From assembly GCA_937863565.1 (NCBI GenBank), contig CALMGJ010000019.1:1-37491 (forward strand): a stretch of 37,491 nt of DNA. The letters run 5' to 3'. The translations under genes were made by a program, and so were the position numbers. Origin of the DNA: an uncultured bacterium (lineage in GTDB: Bacteria; AUK180). Under the pieces are notes generated by a model. It had not been told where the DNA came from and made no database searches. It worked only from the letters and a program-made list of their open reading frames with translations. Numbering within the stretch: position 1 is the stretch's first letter; every line of letters starts with the position of its first letter. This document shows, piece by piece, positions 20,362 through 28,833 of this stretch.

Positions 20362-23052
20362 ATGAAGAAAGTTCTCACTTTCATAATAATGACAGCGTCA
20401 GCAATTGTGCTGGCGCTGTTCGTTTTAGTCATGCTTTTAAATCAAAAAGCCTTTCAACGCTCGATCGCAGGAAAAATTCCGGGCTATAAGATAGACTTCG
20501 ATACGATACGCATAAATCCCCTCAAGAACATCACTGTGAAAAATTTATACATCAAAGGATCGGGATTTTGCGCAGAGGGCGTTAATGTTGATGCGAAATA
20601 CCGTCCTGCAAGGCTTCTGAAGAAAAATATCGAACTTTTCCGTATAAATGCTTCCCGCATCTCGCTCTCTCCCGGTGAAGAAAAAAAGGAAAAGAAGAAG
20701 AAGGGATTTGAACTTCCATCCATACAGGAAGAGGCGATAACCGTTTCGGATATGAGCATTTCATTGGGCGCATTTGAGATCGAGGGAGTCGCTTCCGTTA
20801 AGGATATTTTATTTTCCGGTTCGATTGACGCATCGGTGATCGATTCGCATTTTTCGGTGGTTAAAGCCGAGATCACAACAGTCCCCGACCTGCCCGTGAA
20901 AGCCGAGATCTCCGGGAATATTAAGGGGAATATTTTCAATGATCTTGCCGTATCTCTCTCGGGGAGCGTCACGGCGGGTACATATACGCTCATTATGAAG
21001 AAGAATGATGCACTAATCGATGCCCGGGAATATTCCGTAAGCCTGACCTCGTCAGGGGAGATAAAAAAATACGCCACATATTCCATATCCGGATTATCCG
21101 TGAAAGCGGAGAAGGAGAAGATCGGATTTAAGCTCAAGCGCGCCGAAATAAATGCAGGGAACATAAAGCTCAGAGGATTCTCTCTCAAAGAATTGAAGGG
21201 CGCTATAAACGGCCTTGACGCGCAGTATTCGGCGGATAACATACTCTTTTTCAAGCTGCTGCAGGCGGACATTACGCTGAAAGCAGGATACACGGGAGCG
21301 GGTTTCTCGGCGGAGCTGAATTCCGAGACGCATGCAAAAGCCAAAAACAATGATCTTACCGTTGATTCCGTGAACAAGGCCAAAGGCAAATTCGGAGAAT
21401 TCCCGTTTGATATCGTACAAAAACTGAAGGGGAGCATCAGGTCCGTCGGCCTAAAAAACATCTTTGACCTTAAACCCGAATACAGGGCCGAGATCGCGCA
21501 CAGCATTATAAGGGGCGAAGGAGCCATCAAAGGCACGCCCAAGAAGTTCAGTGTGAACATCGGTTCAAAGGCTTCCGTAAAAGAGGACATCTACGGGCAG
21601 AACATGGACCTTGTCCTTGATGTTTTAACGGAGAATTACGTAGAGGACCTTGCCGTAAAGGGTAATACAAAGGTCCACATGAACCTTGCTTCGTATAAAA
21701 GCAGCGTTATGAACCTTCTTAGGAAGGAACTCTCCGCCGGGATCGAATACGGTTTCGAAAAGGGCATTCTCGATCTTAAAGCCTCGATCGATTATGATAC
21801 TTCCGTCAAGGCCGATATAATGCTCAATATCGATACGGAGAACAAAACCTATTCCGCTTCCGCCCCCATGCTGTATGTCGATATGGGGCGTATTCCGCTC
21901 AGAAGTTTCTATATCGACAAGATGGAGATACTTAAAGGCGAGGTTTTCGGGAATGTGTCCGAGATCGAACTCACGGGATTCACAAAATGGAGCGCAAAGG
22001 GGACTTTCACACTTAAAGATCTCAAACCGAGAGGGAACAATACAAGTAAGATCCCGGCCATACTCCTTAAAGAGAACAGCATCGTTCTTTCCGCTTCGGG
22101 GGATATTGCATCCTCATTCATAGAAGGGAAAGCCGTTCTGAACGACCGGGGAAAATATATTTACGGAGATATCGATTTCTCATACACGGATAGTATCCAG
22201 ACGGCAAAGGGAACGCTTGCCCTTACATCCCCGAAATTTTTCATCCCCGTCTTTGACGATTTTCTCTTCAAGGGTGCCCTGGAAATGCCTGTTGATATTA
22301 CACACCGCGGCCGCGACATCATTGTCTCCGGGACGGTAAAAGCGGATAAGGTCTACCTTTCCTCCAGCATGATCAAAATAAACGGCCTGTCCGGGAATAT
22401 CCCGCTATCTTACGATCTTGAAAAAGCCGCCGCTGCTAAACTCCCCGAACCTCTCTATGACCCGATATACAATCTATCCTCATCTCAAAAGAGGAATTTC
22501 AATCTGACCGTCTCCAGAATATATGCCGGGGAGTACACGCTTGAAGATGTGAAAGCGAATATCTATATCAACGATTTCATAGACATTAGAAGGTTCGAGG
22601 TGAGATTCCTCGGAGGCTACGGGAACGGGTCGCTTCTCGCAAATCAGGGTATGAACTTCTGGGCTAAGATCGATTTCACCGACGGATACGCTTATAATCT
22701 ACTCAAGGACGCGACAAAGGAGTTCTCAAAGGAGGATACCAGGATAAACCTTCACGGCAATCTGTACGGTAACCTCAATGAGATCAACGGTTTCGTGAAG
22801 ATGCCCGCGCTCGGAAGGATGGTGCTTCTATCTCTTCTGTATACGCTCGACGACGGCAAGAACAGGCAGATTGAGGAACTTAAGAACAAAGTGAAATTCC
22901 TCGGGTACTACCCGGAAACTATCGAGGCTAATTTTGACGGCTCGACAATGTCGCTTTATGTGCCCTTGAGAAAAAAGGGATTGAATCTGATCAATCTTCC
23001 TTTCGCAATACAGAATGTCCCGATCCAGAAACTGATCAAACTCTACAGATAA
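20362..23052 (+). CDS. large AsmA/TamB/YdbH-like membrane-anchored beta-rich protein
   Basis: Single N-terminal TM anchor then about 860 aa of amphipathic beta strands (INGLSGNIPL, FLGGYGNGS); start ATG 20362 or TTG 20359. Confidence 0.65.
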   Translation: MKKVLTFIIMTASAIVLALFVLVMLLNQKAFQRSIAGKIPGYKIDFDTIRINPLKNITVKNLYIKGSGFCAEGVNVDAKYRPARLLKKNIELFRINASRISLSPGEEKKEKKKKGFELPSIQEEAITVSDMSISLGAFEIEGVASVKDILFSGSIDASVIDSHFSVVKAEITTVPDLPVKAEISGNIKGNIFNDLAVSLSGSVTAGTYTLIMKKNDALIDAREYSVSLTSSGEIKKYATYSISGLSVKAEKEKIGFKLKRAEINAGNIKLRGFSLKELKGAINGLDAQYSADNILFFKLLQADITLKAGYTGAGFSAELNSETHAKAKNNDLTVDSVNKAKGKFGEFPFDIVQKLKGSIRSVGLKNIFDLKPEYRAEIAHSIIRGEGAIKGTPKKFSVNIGSKASVKEDIYGQNMDLVLDVLTENYVEDLAVKGNTKVHMNLASYKSSVMNLLRKELSAGIEYGFEKGILDLKASIDYDTSVKADIMLNIDTENKTYSASAPMLYVDMGRIPLRSFYIDKMEILKGEVFGNVSEIELTGFTKWSAKGTFTLKDLKPRGNNTSKIPAILLKENSIVLSASGDIASSFIEGKAVLNDRGKYIYGDIDFSYTDSIQTAKGTLALTSPKFFIPVFDDFLFKGALEMPVDITHRGRDIIVSGTVKADKVYLSSSMIKINGLSGNIPLSYDLEKAAAAKLPEPLYDPIYNLSSSQKRNFNLTVSRIYAGEYTLEDVKANIYINDFIDIRRFEVRFLGGYGNGSLLANQGMNFWAKIDFTDGYAYNLLKDATKEFSKEDTRINLHGNLYGNLNEINGFVKMPALGRMVLLSLLYTLDDGKNRQIEELKNKVKFLGYYPETIEANFDGSTMSLYVPLRKKGLNLINLPFAIQNVPIQKLIKLYR

Positions 23053-23053
23053 A

Positions 23054-23376
23054 GGCGAAACGCAGTGAAAAGTGAATAGTGAGAAGAGACGAAAGAGGTT
23101 AGAGGTTAGGGGCGAGGCGCAGTGAAGAGAGTTGAGAGTTGAGAGTTGAAAGTTGAAAGTTAGAATAATAAAAAATACAAAATAAACTCGTTAACTCGCA
23201 GGCAAGCTTCTTGCAAACACGTTAATTGAATAATAAAGCGGAGCGATCAAATAGAGGCTAGAGGATAGTGGCGAAACGAAGTGAACAGTGAAGAGTGAAA
23301 ACGGTAAATGGCATATTAGATCATTATACAGTTAACGGGTTAAAAAGAAGTGAATAGTGAACAGTGAACAGTGAAT
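23054..23376 (+). repeat. purine-rich heptamer repeat region with recurrent GGCGARRCGMAGTGAA units
   Basis: AGTGAAN runs (23064-23077, 23349-23376), GARAGTT x5 (23127-23161), GAGGTTA x2; 16-mer at 23054, 23111 and 23270. Confidence 0.85.
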
Positions 23377-23429
23377 AATTATATGGAATATATTCCTTCT
23401 CTCACTCCACACTTCGTATGCAAATGGAA

Positions 23430-24359
23430 TTACTTGGTCCCGGTCTCCGGTTTAGGGTCGATCTCCAGAAGTTCGACCTGGAAGATCAGAACGGAATTGG
23501 GTTCGATATTAGGCATCCTTCCCTGCTCGCCGTAGGCAAGGTCGGACGGAATATAAAGTTCCCATACATCGCCTTCCCTCATCATCGGGATAGCCTCTTT
23601 CCAGCCGCCAATTAAACCGTTAAGAGAAGGAAATACCATCGGCTTTCCTCTTTTGTAGGATGAATCGAATTCCTTGCCGCTTAATAGTTTTCCGGAGTAA
23701 TGTATCTTGAGCGAACTTTCCAAAGATGCCTTTTTCTTACCGGTGCCTTTTTTCAAGATTTTATACTGCAGGCCGCTGGCTGTCGCTTTCACGCCTTCCT
23801 TCTTCCCGTTCTCTTCGAGAAATTTTGCTCCTTCCAGTTTGTTCTTGTCGCCCATGGCTTTGAGCCTCGCTGTCTGTTCCATCGTTATCTTGTTCTGAAG
23901 CGTAGAGATAATCTCTTTAATGCGGTCGTCGGGAAGAGAGACCTTTTTCCTCTCTTCGTCCACCATACCCTTCGCCACGAACGTGCTGTCAAGGTCAATA
24001 CCGTTTCCGGAGAGGTTCTTTATGATATCAAGGCCGATGGCATAGCCGACCTTCATGAAAAAGTCCTCCTCGATCTCTGGTTTCTGTGCCTGCGGGTTGT
24101 TCTTTGACTGCATGAACAGGTTAAAGCGCAGCATGAGGTCCTCGATCTCCTCGGGCGTGAATTTTGGGGTTTCGAGATCAGCCTCGAGAATGCCCGTTCG
24201 GATATCTGCGGCCTTAACGGGGATCTGCTGCCTTTCGAGATTGCGCATTATATCAACGCCGAGAGCGTAACTTGATTCCTCTTTGAAATCCTTGAATTTC
24301 TCGCTGCAGCCCGCAAGGCATGCTAAAAGACACAGAACGATCAGGGTCCGTATTCTCAT
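23430..24359 (-). CDS. FKBP-type peptidyl-prolyl isomerase (Mip/FkpA family) lipoprotein with two FKBP_N domains
   Basis: SD AGGAG before ATG 24359; lipobox LAGC; SYALG and GYAIG repeats; TASGLQYK, HYSGKL, FDSSYKRG, YIPSDLAYG, IFQVEL. Confidence 0.95.
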   Translation of the reverse strand: MRIRTLIVLCLLACLAGCSEKFKDFKEESSYALGVDIMRNLERQQIPVKAADIRTGILEADLETPKFTPEEIEDLMLRFNLFMQSKNNPQAQKPEIEEDFFMKVGYAIGLDIIKNLSGNGIDLDSTFVAKGMVDEERKKVSLPDDRIKEIISTLQNKITMEQTARLKAMGDKNKLEGAKFLEENGKKEGVKATASGLQYKILKKGTGKKKASLESSLKIHYSGKLLSGKEFDSSYKRGKPMVFPSLNGLIGGWKEAIPMMREGDVWELYIPSDLAYGEQGRMPNIEPNSVLIFQVELLEIDPKPETGTK

Positions 24360-24379
24360 ATAAGCTCCTATGAAAGTCA

Positions 24380-24408
24380 ATATTACTACAAAACCCGAAA
24401 TAAATCAA
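24380..24408 (-). promoter_or_regulatory. putative sigma70 promoter for the FKBP gene
   Basis: Minus strand TTGATT, 17 nt, TAATAT. Confidence 0.55.
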
Positions 24409-24430
24409 GGAAGGGCAAAATAAAAAATAC

Positions 24431-24459
24431 TTGAAAAAAAGAGGAAATTCGGGTTTAAT
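24431..24459 (+). promoter_or_regulatory. putative promoter for the deoB operon
   Basis: TTGAAA (24431-24436), 17 nt, TTTAAT (24454-24459); ATG at 24467 without SD. Confidence 0.45.
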
Positions 24460-24466
24460 ATACATT

Positions 24467-26164
24467 ATGGAAATAAAACGGGTCATAATCATAATCCTGG
24501 ACAGCGTCGGCGTAGGGGAGACGGCCGATTCATATATGTACAATGACAAAGGGGTGAACACCCTTCTCCATATCTCTGAAAGGTATCCCGGCGCATTTCC
24601 GAACATGGAACTTCTCGGTTTCGGGAATCTCCTTCCCCCGGGATCCGGCATGAGAAAGGAAAAATTCCCCCTGGCCTCTTTCGGCCGCGCCAAGGAACAA
24701 TCCGCCGGCAAGGATTCCACGAGCGGGCACTGGGAAGTGGCCGGACTTATTAAAAAAGACCCTTTCCCCGTTTATCCGGCGGGTTTTCCCGAAAGGATAC
24801 TCAAGGATTTTAAAACCCAGATCAAAACAGATATACTGGGCAATTACCCCGCCTCGGGAACGGAGATACTCGATGCTCTCGGAGAGGAACACATGAAAAC
24901 GGGATATCCCATAGTGTATACATCGGGGGATTCCGTTTTCCAGATCGCCGCTCATGAGGATGTTGTACCTCTTAAGACCCTGTATCACTGGTGCGAGATA
25001 GCACGAAGGATACTCAGAGGTAAAGATCTTATGGGCAGGGTGATAGCAAGGCCCTTCATCGGGGAGAAAAAAGGGGAGTTCAAAAGAACCTCCAACAGAA
25101 GGGATTTCTCCGCCGTCCCGCCTGAGAACACGGTTTTGGACAATGCCAAGATCAAGGGCATGCAGGTTCTGGGCATTGGGAAAACGGAAGACCTTTTTGC
25201 CGGCAAGGGGCTGACCTCGGCGCTTCACGGAGCCTCCAATAAAGAGAATATCATGCTGACCGTGAACGCGATAAAAAAGAACCTGAAGGGAACGGAGAAT
25301 GTCGAGCAAGGCATCATTTTTACCAATCTTGTTGATTTCGATACAAAATACGGACACCGAAGGGATGTGGCGGGTTATTACTCCGCGCTCAGGGAATTCG
25401 ACGAACACATTCCTCTTCTCATCGGCTCGATGAAAAAAGACGATGTGCTGATCCTAACTGCAGATCACGGCAATGATCCCACATATACGGGGAGCGACCA
25501 CACGAGGGAATTCGTTCCCGTTGTAGTGTACGGCTCTATGCTGAGAAGAGGAGTGGATCTTGGAGAACTGGGATCTTTTGCCGATATAGGCCGCACGGCA
25601 TCCGAAATGCTTTCGCTCAATCCCACGAAGAACGGAAAGGGCTTTTTAAAGAACATCATGCCCGAAGCTGTAAAGGGGGATATCTCAGTGAGCGGCGTGG
25701 ATATCGATATTTTCCTTTTCGATCCCGGCATTTACAGGCAGGATATCTATTCGATGTGCCGCAGGCTCGCGGATGCGGGCAACAGAGTGGATTACCTCCT
25801 GTCCGATTTTCTCATGGGCTGCAGTTTCGATACGGGGGAATGCCTCTTGAGCACCGTACCCGCGAACAGGAAGGATAAATACGGGATGATCGTGGTCCCT
25901 CTTACCGAGGACCATATTCCGGGACTTCTCGACGGGTTCGATTCCGAAGATACTCTCGCGCGCGAGCTCGAGAGGGAGACCGGTAAAGGGAAAATACCGC
26001 TTTGCGTGTATCCTTCGGAGTACCTTGAAGGAACAAGGTCCTATGAAGTGCTTAGAAAAAGACGCTGGATGCTGGCAAGGCTTATGGAAAAGGGATACAA
26101 AGTGATGAGCATATCCTCTTTTGCGAATGAATTCAACAGGACGATCAAAAGGAGCGGCACATGA
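24467..26164 (+). CDS. deoB: phosphopentomutase with extra C-terminal domain
   Basis: ILDSVGVG, GKDSTSGHWE, YTSGDSVFQIAAHE, GRVIARPF, NLVDFDTKYGHRRD, TADHGNDP, DHTREFVP; about 165 aa extension after GKGFL. Confidence 0.94.
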   Translation: MEIKRVIIIILDSVGVGETADSYMYNDKGVNTLLHISERYPGAFPNMELLGFGNLLPPGSGMRKEKFPLASFGRAKEQSAGKDSTSGHWEVAGLIKKDPFPVYPAGFPERILKDFKTQIKTDILGNYPASGTEILDALGEEHMKTGYPIVYTSGDSVFQIAAHEDVVPLKTLYHWCEIARRILRGKDLMGRVIARPFIGEKKGEFKRTSNRRDFSAVPPENTVLDNAKIKGMQVLGIGKTEDLFAGKGLTSALHGASNKENIMLTVNAIKKNLKGTENVEQGIIFTNLVDFDTKYGHRRDVAGYYSALREFDEHIPLLIGSMKKDDVLILTADHGNDPTYTGSDHTREFVPVVVYGSMLRRGVDLGELGSFADIGRTASEMLSLNPTKNGKGFLKNIMPEAVKGDISVSGVDIDIFLFDPGIYRQDIYSMCRRLADAGNRVDYLLSDFLMGCSFDTGECLLSTVPANRKDKYGMIVVPLTEDHIPGLLDGFDSEDTLARELERETGKGKIPLCVYPSEYLEGTRSYEVLRKRRWMLARLMEKGYKVMSISSFANEFNRTIKRSGT

Positions 26165-27882
26165 GTCTGGATGCGATGATCGACACCGCAATGGGCAAGA
26201 TCAAGGCCGATATCGTCATTAAGCACGTGAACGTGCTCAATTTCTTCACCGGGCAGATCGATAAAGACGTCGATATTGCCATATTCAAGGATACAATAGC
26301 GGGCATAGGGAAGGATTATCACGGAAAGAAGGAGATCAACGGCAAAGGGAAATACGCCACTGCCGGATTCATAGATGCTCATGTTCATATCGAATCCTCC
26401 ATGGTGCACGTATCCGAATACGCCAAAGCGGTCGTCCGCCACGGCACGACAAGCGTGATCGCGGATCCTCATGAGATAGCCAATATCCTCGGCCTCGACG
26501 GCATCAGGTTCATGCTCTACTCCGCGAAATACTGTCCCATCAATGTATTTCTCATGGCGCCTTCATGCGTTCCCGCTACTCATTTCGAAACATCAGGCTC
26601 CGTGATGAGGGCTTTCGACATCAATCCTTTGTTCTCTGAGAAATGGGTGCTCGGACTCGGAGAGATGATGAATTTCCCCGGCGTTCTCAATAAAGACCCG
26701 ATGGTGCTTGACAAGATCAGCATAGCCACCGGAAAGATCATAGACGGACATGCTCCCGGCCTCACCGGCAAGGAATTGAACGCATATATCGCCGCAGGCA
26801 TATATTCCGATCATGAAACGACAACGAAGGAAGAGGCATTGGAAAAACTCGGCAAGGGCATGCACATCATGATACGCGAAGGCACAGCGACGAAAGACCT
26901 TGATGCCCTTCTTCCCATCATTAACGAATTCAATCATATGCGGATCATGTTCTGCACGGATGACAGGCATCCGCATGACCTTATCAATCAAGGGCATATA
27001 AACTACATGATAAAAAGGAGCATTCAGTCCGGCGTACCCCCTATCCTGGCCTATAAGATCGCCTCCTATCCCGCCTCGCGCTATTTCGGGCTGAAGGATA
27101 TCGGCGCTATAGCGCCGGGATACAAAGCGGATATCGTGCTTCTTGACGACCTTGAGAACGTCGGTATTACATCCGTTGTCAAAAGCGGCCGCGTAATAAT
27201 AGACAAATCCGAACTCGTTTACGAGCAGCCCGTGAAGATACCTTACGAGCTGAGAGGTACTGTCAATATAAAATGGCTCACCGAGGACGATTTCAAGATC
27301 AAGGCCGAACCCGGTAGATCGGTGCGGATCATCAAGGCCATTCCGCATCAGATCATCACCGGCGAGATCATCGACAGACCGAAGGAGGAGAACGGGGTCA
27401 TCGTACCCGATCTTGAACGCGACTATCTTATGCTCGCAGTCGTGGAAAGGCATAGGGCGAGCGACAATATAGGCCTGGCGCTCATTCACGGCTTCGGACT
27501 GAAAAAAGGCGCCATAGCGTCCTCTGTTGCCCACGACTCTCACAATATCATCACCGTCGGCACGAATTTCGCCGATATGCTGAGAGCGGTCATCAGGATA
27601 CGGAGCCGGCAGGGCGGTTTTGCCGCTGCCGTAGGGGGAGAGATCAAGGCGAACCTGCCCCTTCCTATCGCGGGACTCATGACCGAGATGCCTGTAGAGG
27701 AAGTGGACAAAAAGATGCAGGAACTTCTTGCGGTGACGAAAGAGATGGGATCGGTGCTGGATGATCCGTTCATGCAGCTCGGGTTCATGGCGCTTCCCGT
27801 GATACCTAAACTGAAACTCACCGACAAAGGGCTTTTCGACGTGGAAAAATTCGATTTTGTGGATATATTCGTGAAGGAATGA
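26161..27882 (+). CDS. ade: adenine deaminase
   Basis: GFIDAHVHIESSM, DPHEIANI, GLGEMMNFPG, DGHAPG, SDHE, CTDDRHP, SSVAHDSHN, LPIAGLM; ATGA overlap with deoB. Confidence 0.96.
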   Translation: MSLDAMIDTAMGKIKADIVIKHVNVLNFFTGQIDKDVDIAIFKDTIAGIGKDYHGKKEINGKGKYATAGFIDAHVHIESSMVHVSEYAKAVVRHGTTSVIADPHEIANILGLDGIRFMLYSAKYCPINVFLMAPSCVPATHFETSGSVMRAFDINPLFSEKWVLGLGEMMNFPGVLNKDPMVLDKISIATGKIIDGHAPGLTGKELNAYIAAGIYSDHETTTKEEALEKLGKGMHIMIREGTATKDLDALLPIINEFNHMRIMFCTDDRHPHDLINQGHINYMIKRSIQSGVPPILAYKIASYPASRYFGLKDIGAIAPGYKADIVLLDDLENVGITSVVKSGRVIIDKSELVYEQPVKIPYELRGTVNIKWLTEDDFKIKAEPGRSVRIIKAIPHQIITGEIIDRPKEENGVIVPDLERDYLMLAVVERHRASDNIGLALIHGFGLKKGAIASSVAHDSHNIITVGTNFADMLRAVIRIRSRQGGFAAAVGGEIKANLPLPIAGLMTEMPVEEVDKKMQELLAVTKEMGSVLDDPFMQLGFMALPVIPKLKLTDKGLFDVEKFDFVDIFVKE

Positions 27883-27885
27883 ACG

Positions 27886-28833
27886 ATGGACAGAAAAGAC
27901 AATAAGTGGGTATTTATATTTTTAGGCCCCGCTGTCCTATTCCTTCTTACTTTCAAGATATTCCCGATGCTCTATGCTTTCGTTATGAGCCTTGAAAGAT
28001 ATGAATTGAAAAGCCTCGGGTTCATCGGATTTAAAAATTATGCCGCGGTACTCAAGGACCCGAGTTTCTGGCAATCGCTCGGGAACACCGTCTGGTATGT
28101 GGCCATCTCGGTGCCGTGCACGATAGCCTTCTCCCTCTTCCTGGCTGAACTTCTCAACAACAAGATCAAAGGACAGGATTTCTTCAGGGTCACATACTTC
28201 CTTCCCTACATCACTTCTCTCGTTGCCGTTGCAGCCATCTGGAAGATATTCTACAATCCGGGCGATACGGGTCTTTTCAATTACATCATCAGGTCTTTCG
28301 GCGGAACCAATGCCAAGTGGCTTGAGGAGCCGAGAGGCATCTTTCAGCTTCTTCTCGATCCGAAGGGCAGAGTGCTGAGGGGCTTCTTCGGAGGGCCCTC
28401 ACTTGCACTGTTCTCCATAATGCTTATGACCTCATGGAAGATCGCGGGCTACCAAGTGGTCATTCTTCTTGCGGGCTTGAAGAACATCCCCGCCGAACTT
28501 TACGAAGCGGCAAGGATCGACGGCGCGCCCAGGATAAAGCAGTTTTTCAATATAACGATGCCGCTTCTCTCCCCGTCGCTTTATTTTTTAGTTACGACAT
28601 CGATCATATTTTCATTTCAACTCTTCGGCCCGATATACATCATGACGGGTTATGAATCCGGCGGCGCACCGGCGGGTACTACGCTCGTTACGGCGTACTA
28701 TATGTATAAAAAAGCGTTCAGGGACATGGAACTCGGTTATGCGGCCGCTATGGCCTTTGTGATGTTTTTGATCATTCTCGTGATAACGGTTGTGCAAAGG
28801 AAATACTCCGAAAAGAAGGTGGTGTACCAATGA
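27886..28833 (+). CDS. carbohydrate (CUT1) ABC transporter permease 1
   Basis: GFKNY, FLPYITS, EAA loop LAGLKNIPAELYEAARIDGA, GYAAAMA. Confidence 0.94.
   Translation: MDRKDNKWVFIFLGPAVLFLLTFKIFPMLYAFVMSLERYELKSLGFIGFKNYAAVLKDPSFWQSLGNTVWYVAISVPCTIAFSLFLAELLNNKIKGQDFFRVTYFLPYITSLVAVAAIWKIFYNPGDTGLFNYIIRSFGGTNAKWLEEPRGIFQLLLDPKGRVLRGFFGGPSLALFSIMLMTSWKIAGYQVVILLAGLKNIPAELYEAARIDGAPRIKQFFNITMPLLSPSLYFLVTTSIIFSFQLFGPIYIMTGYESGGAPAGTTLVTAYYMYKKAFRDMELGYAAAMAFVMFLIILVITVVQRKYSEKKVVYQ

Noticed and set aside
23054-23376. Possible CRISPR array
   Set aside because: Units are 7-16 bp, degenerate and irregularly spaced, with no constant-length spacers and no cas genes.
20484-27543. Long antisense ORFs (20484-21590, 24530-25408, 26593-27543; also 14247-15077)
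   Set aside because: Shadows of well-supported plus-strand genes, with no motifs of their own.
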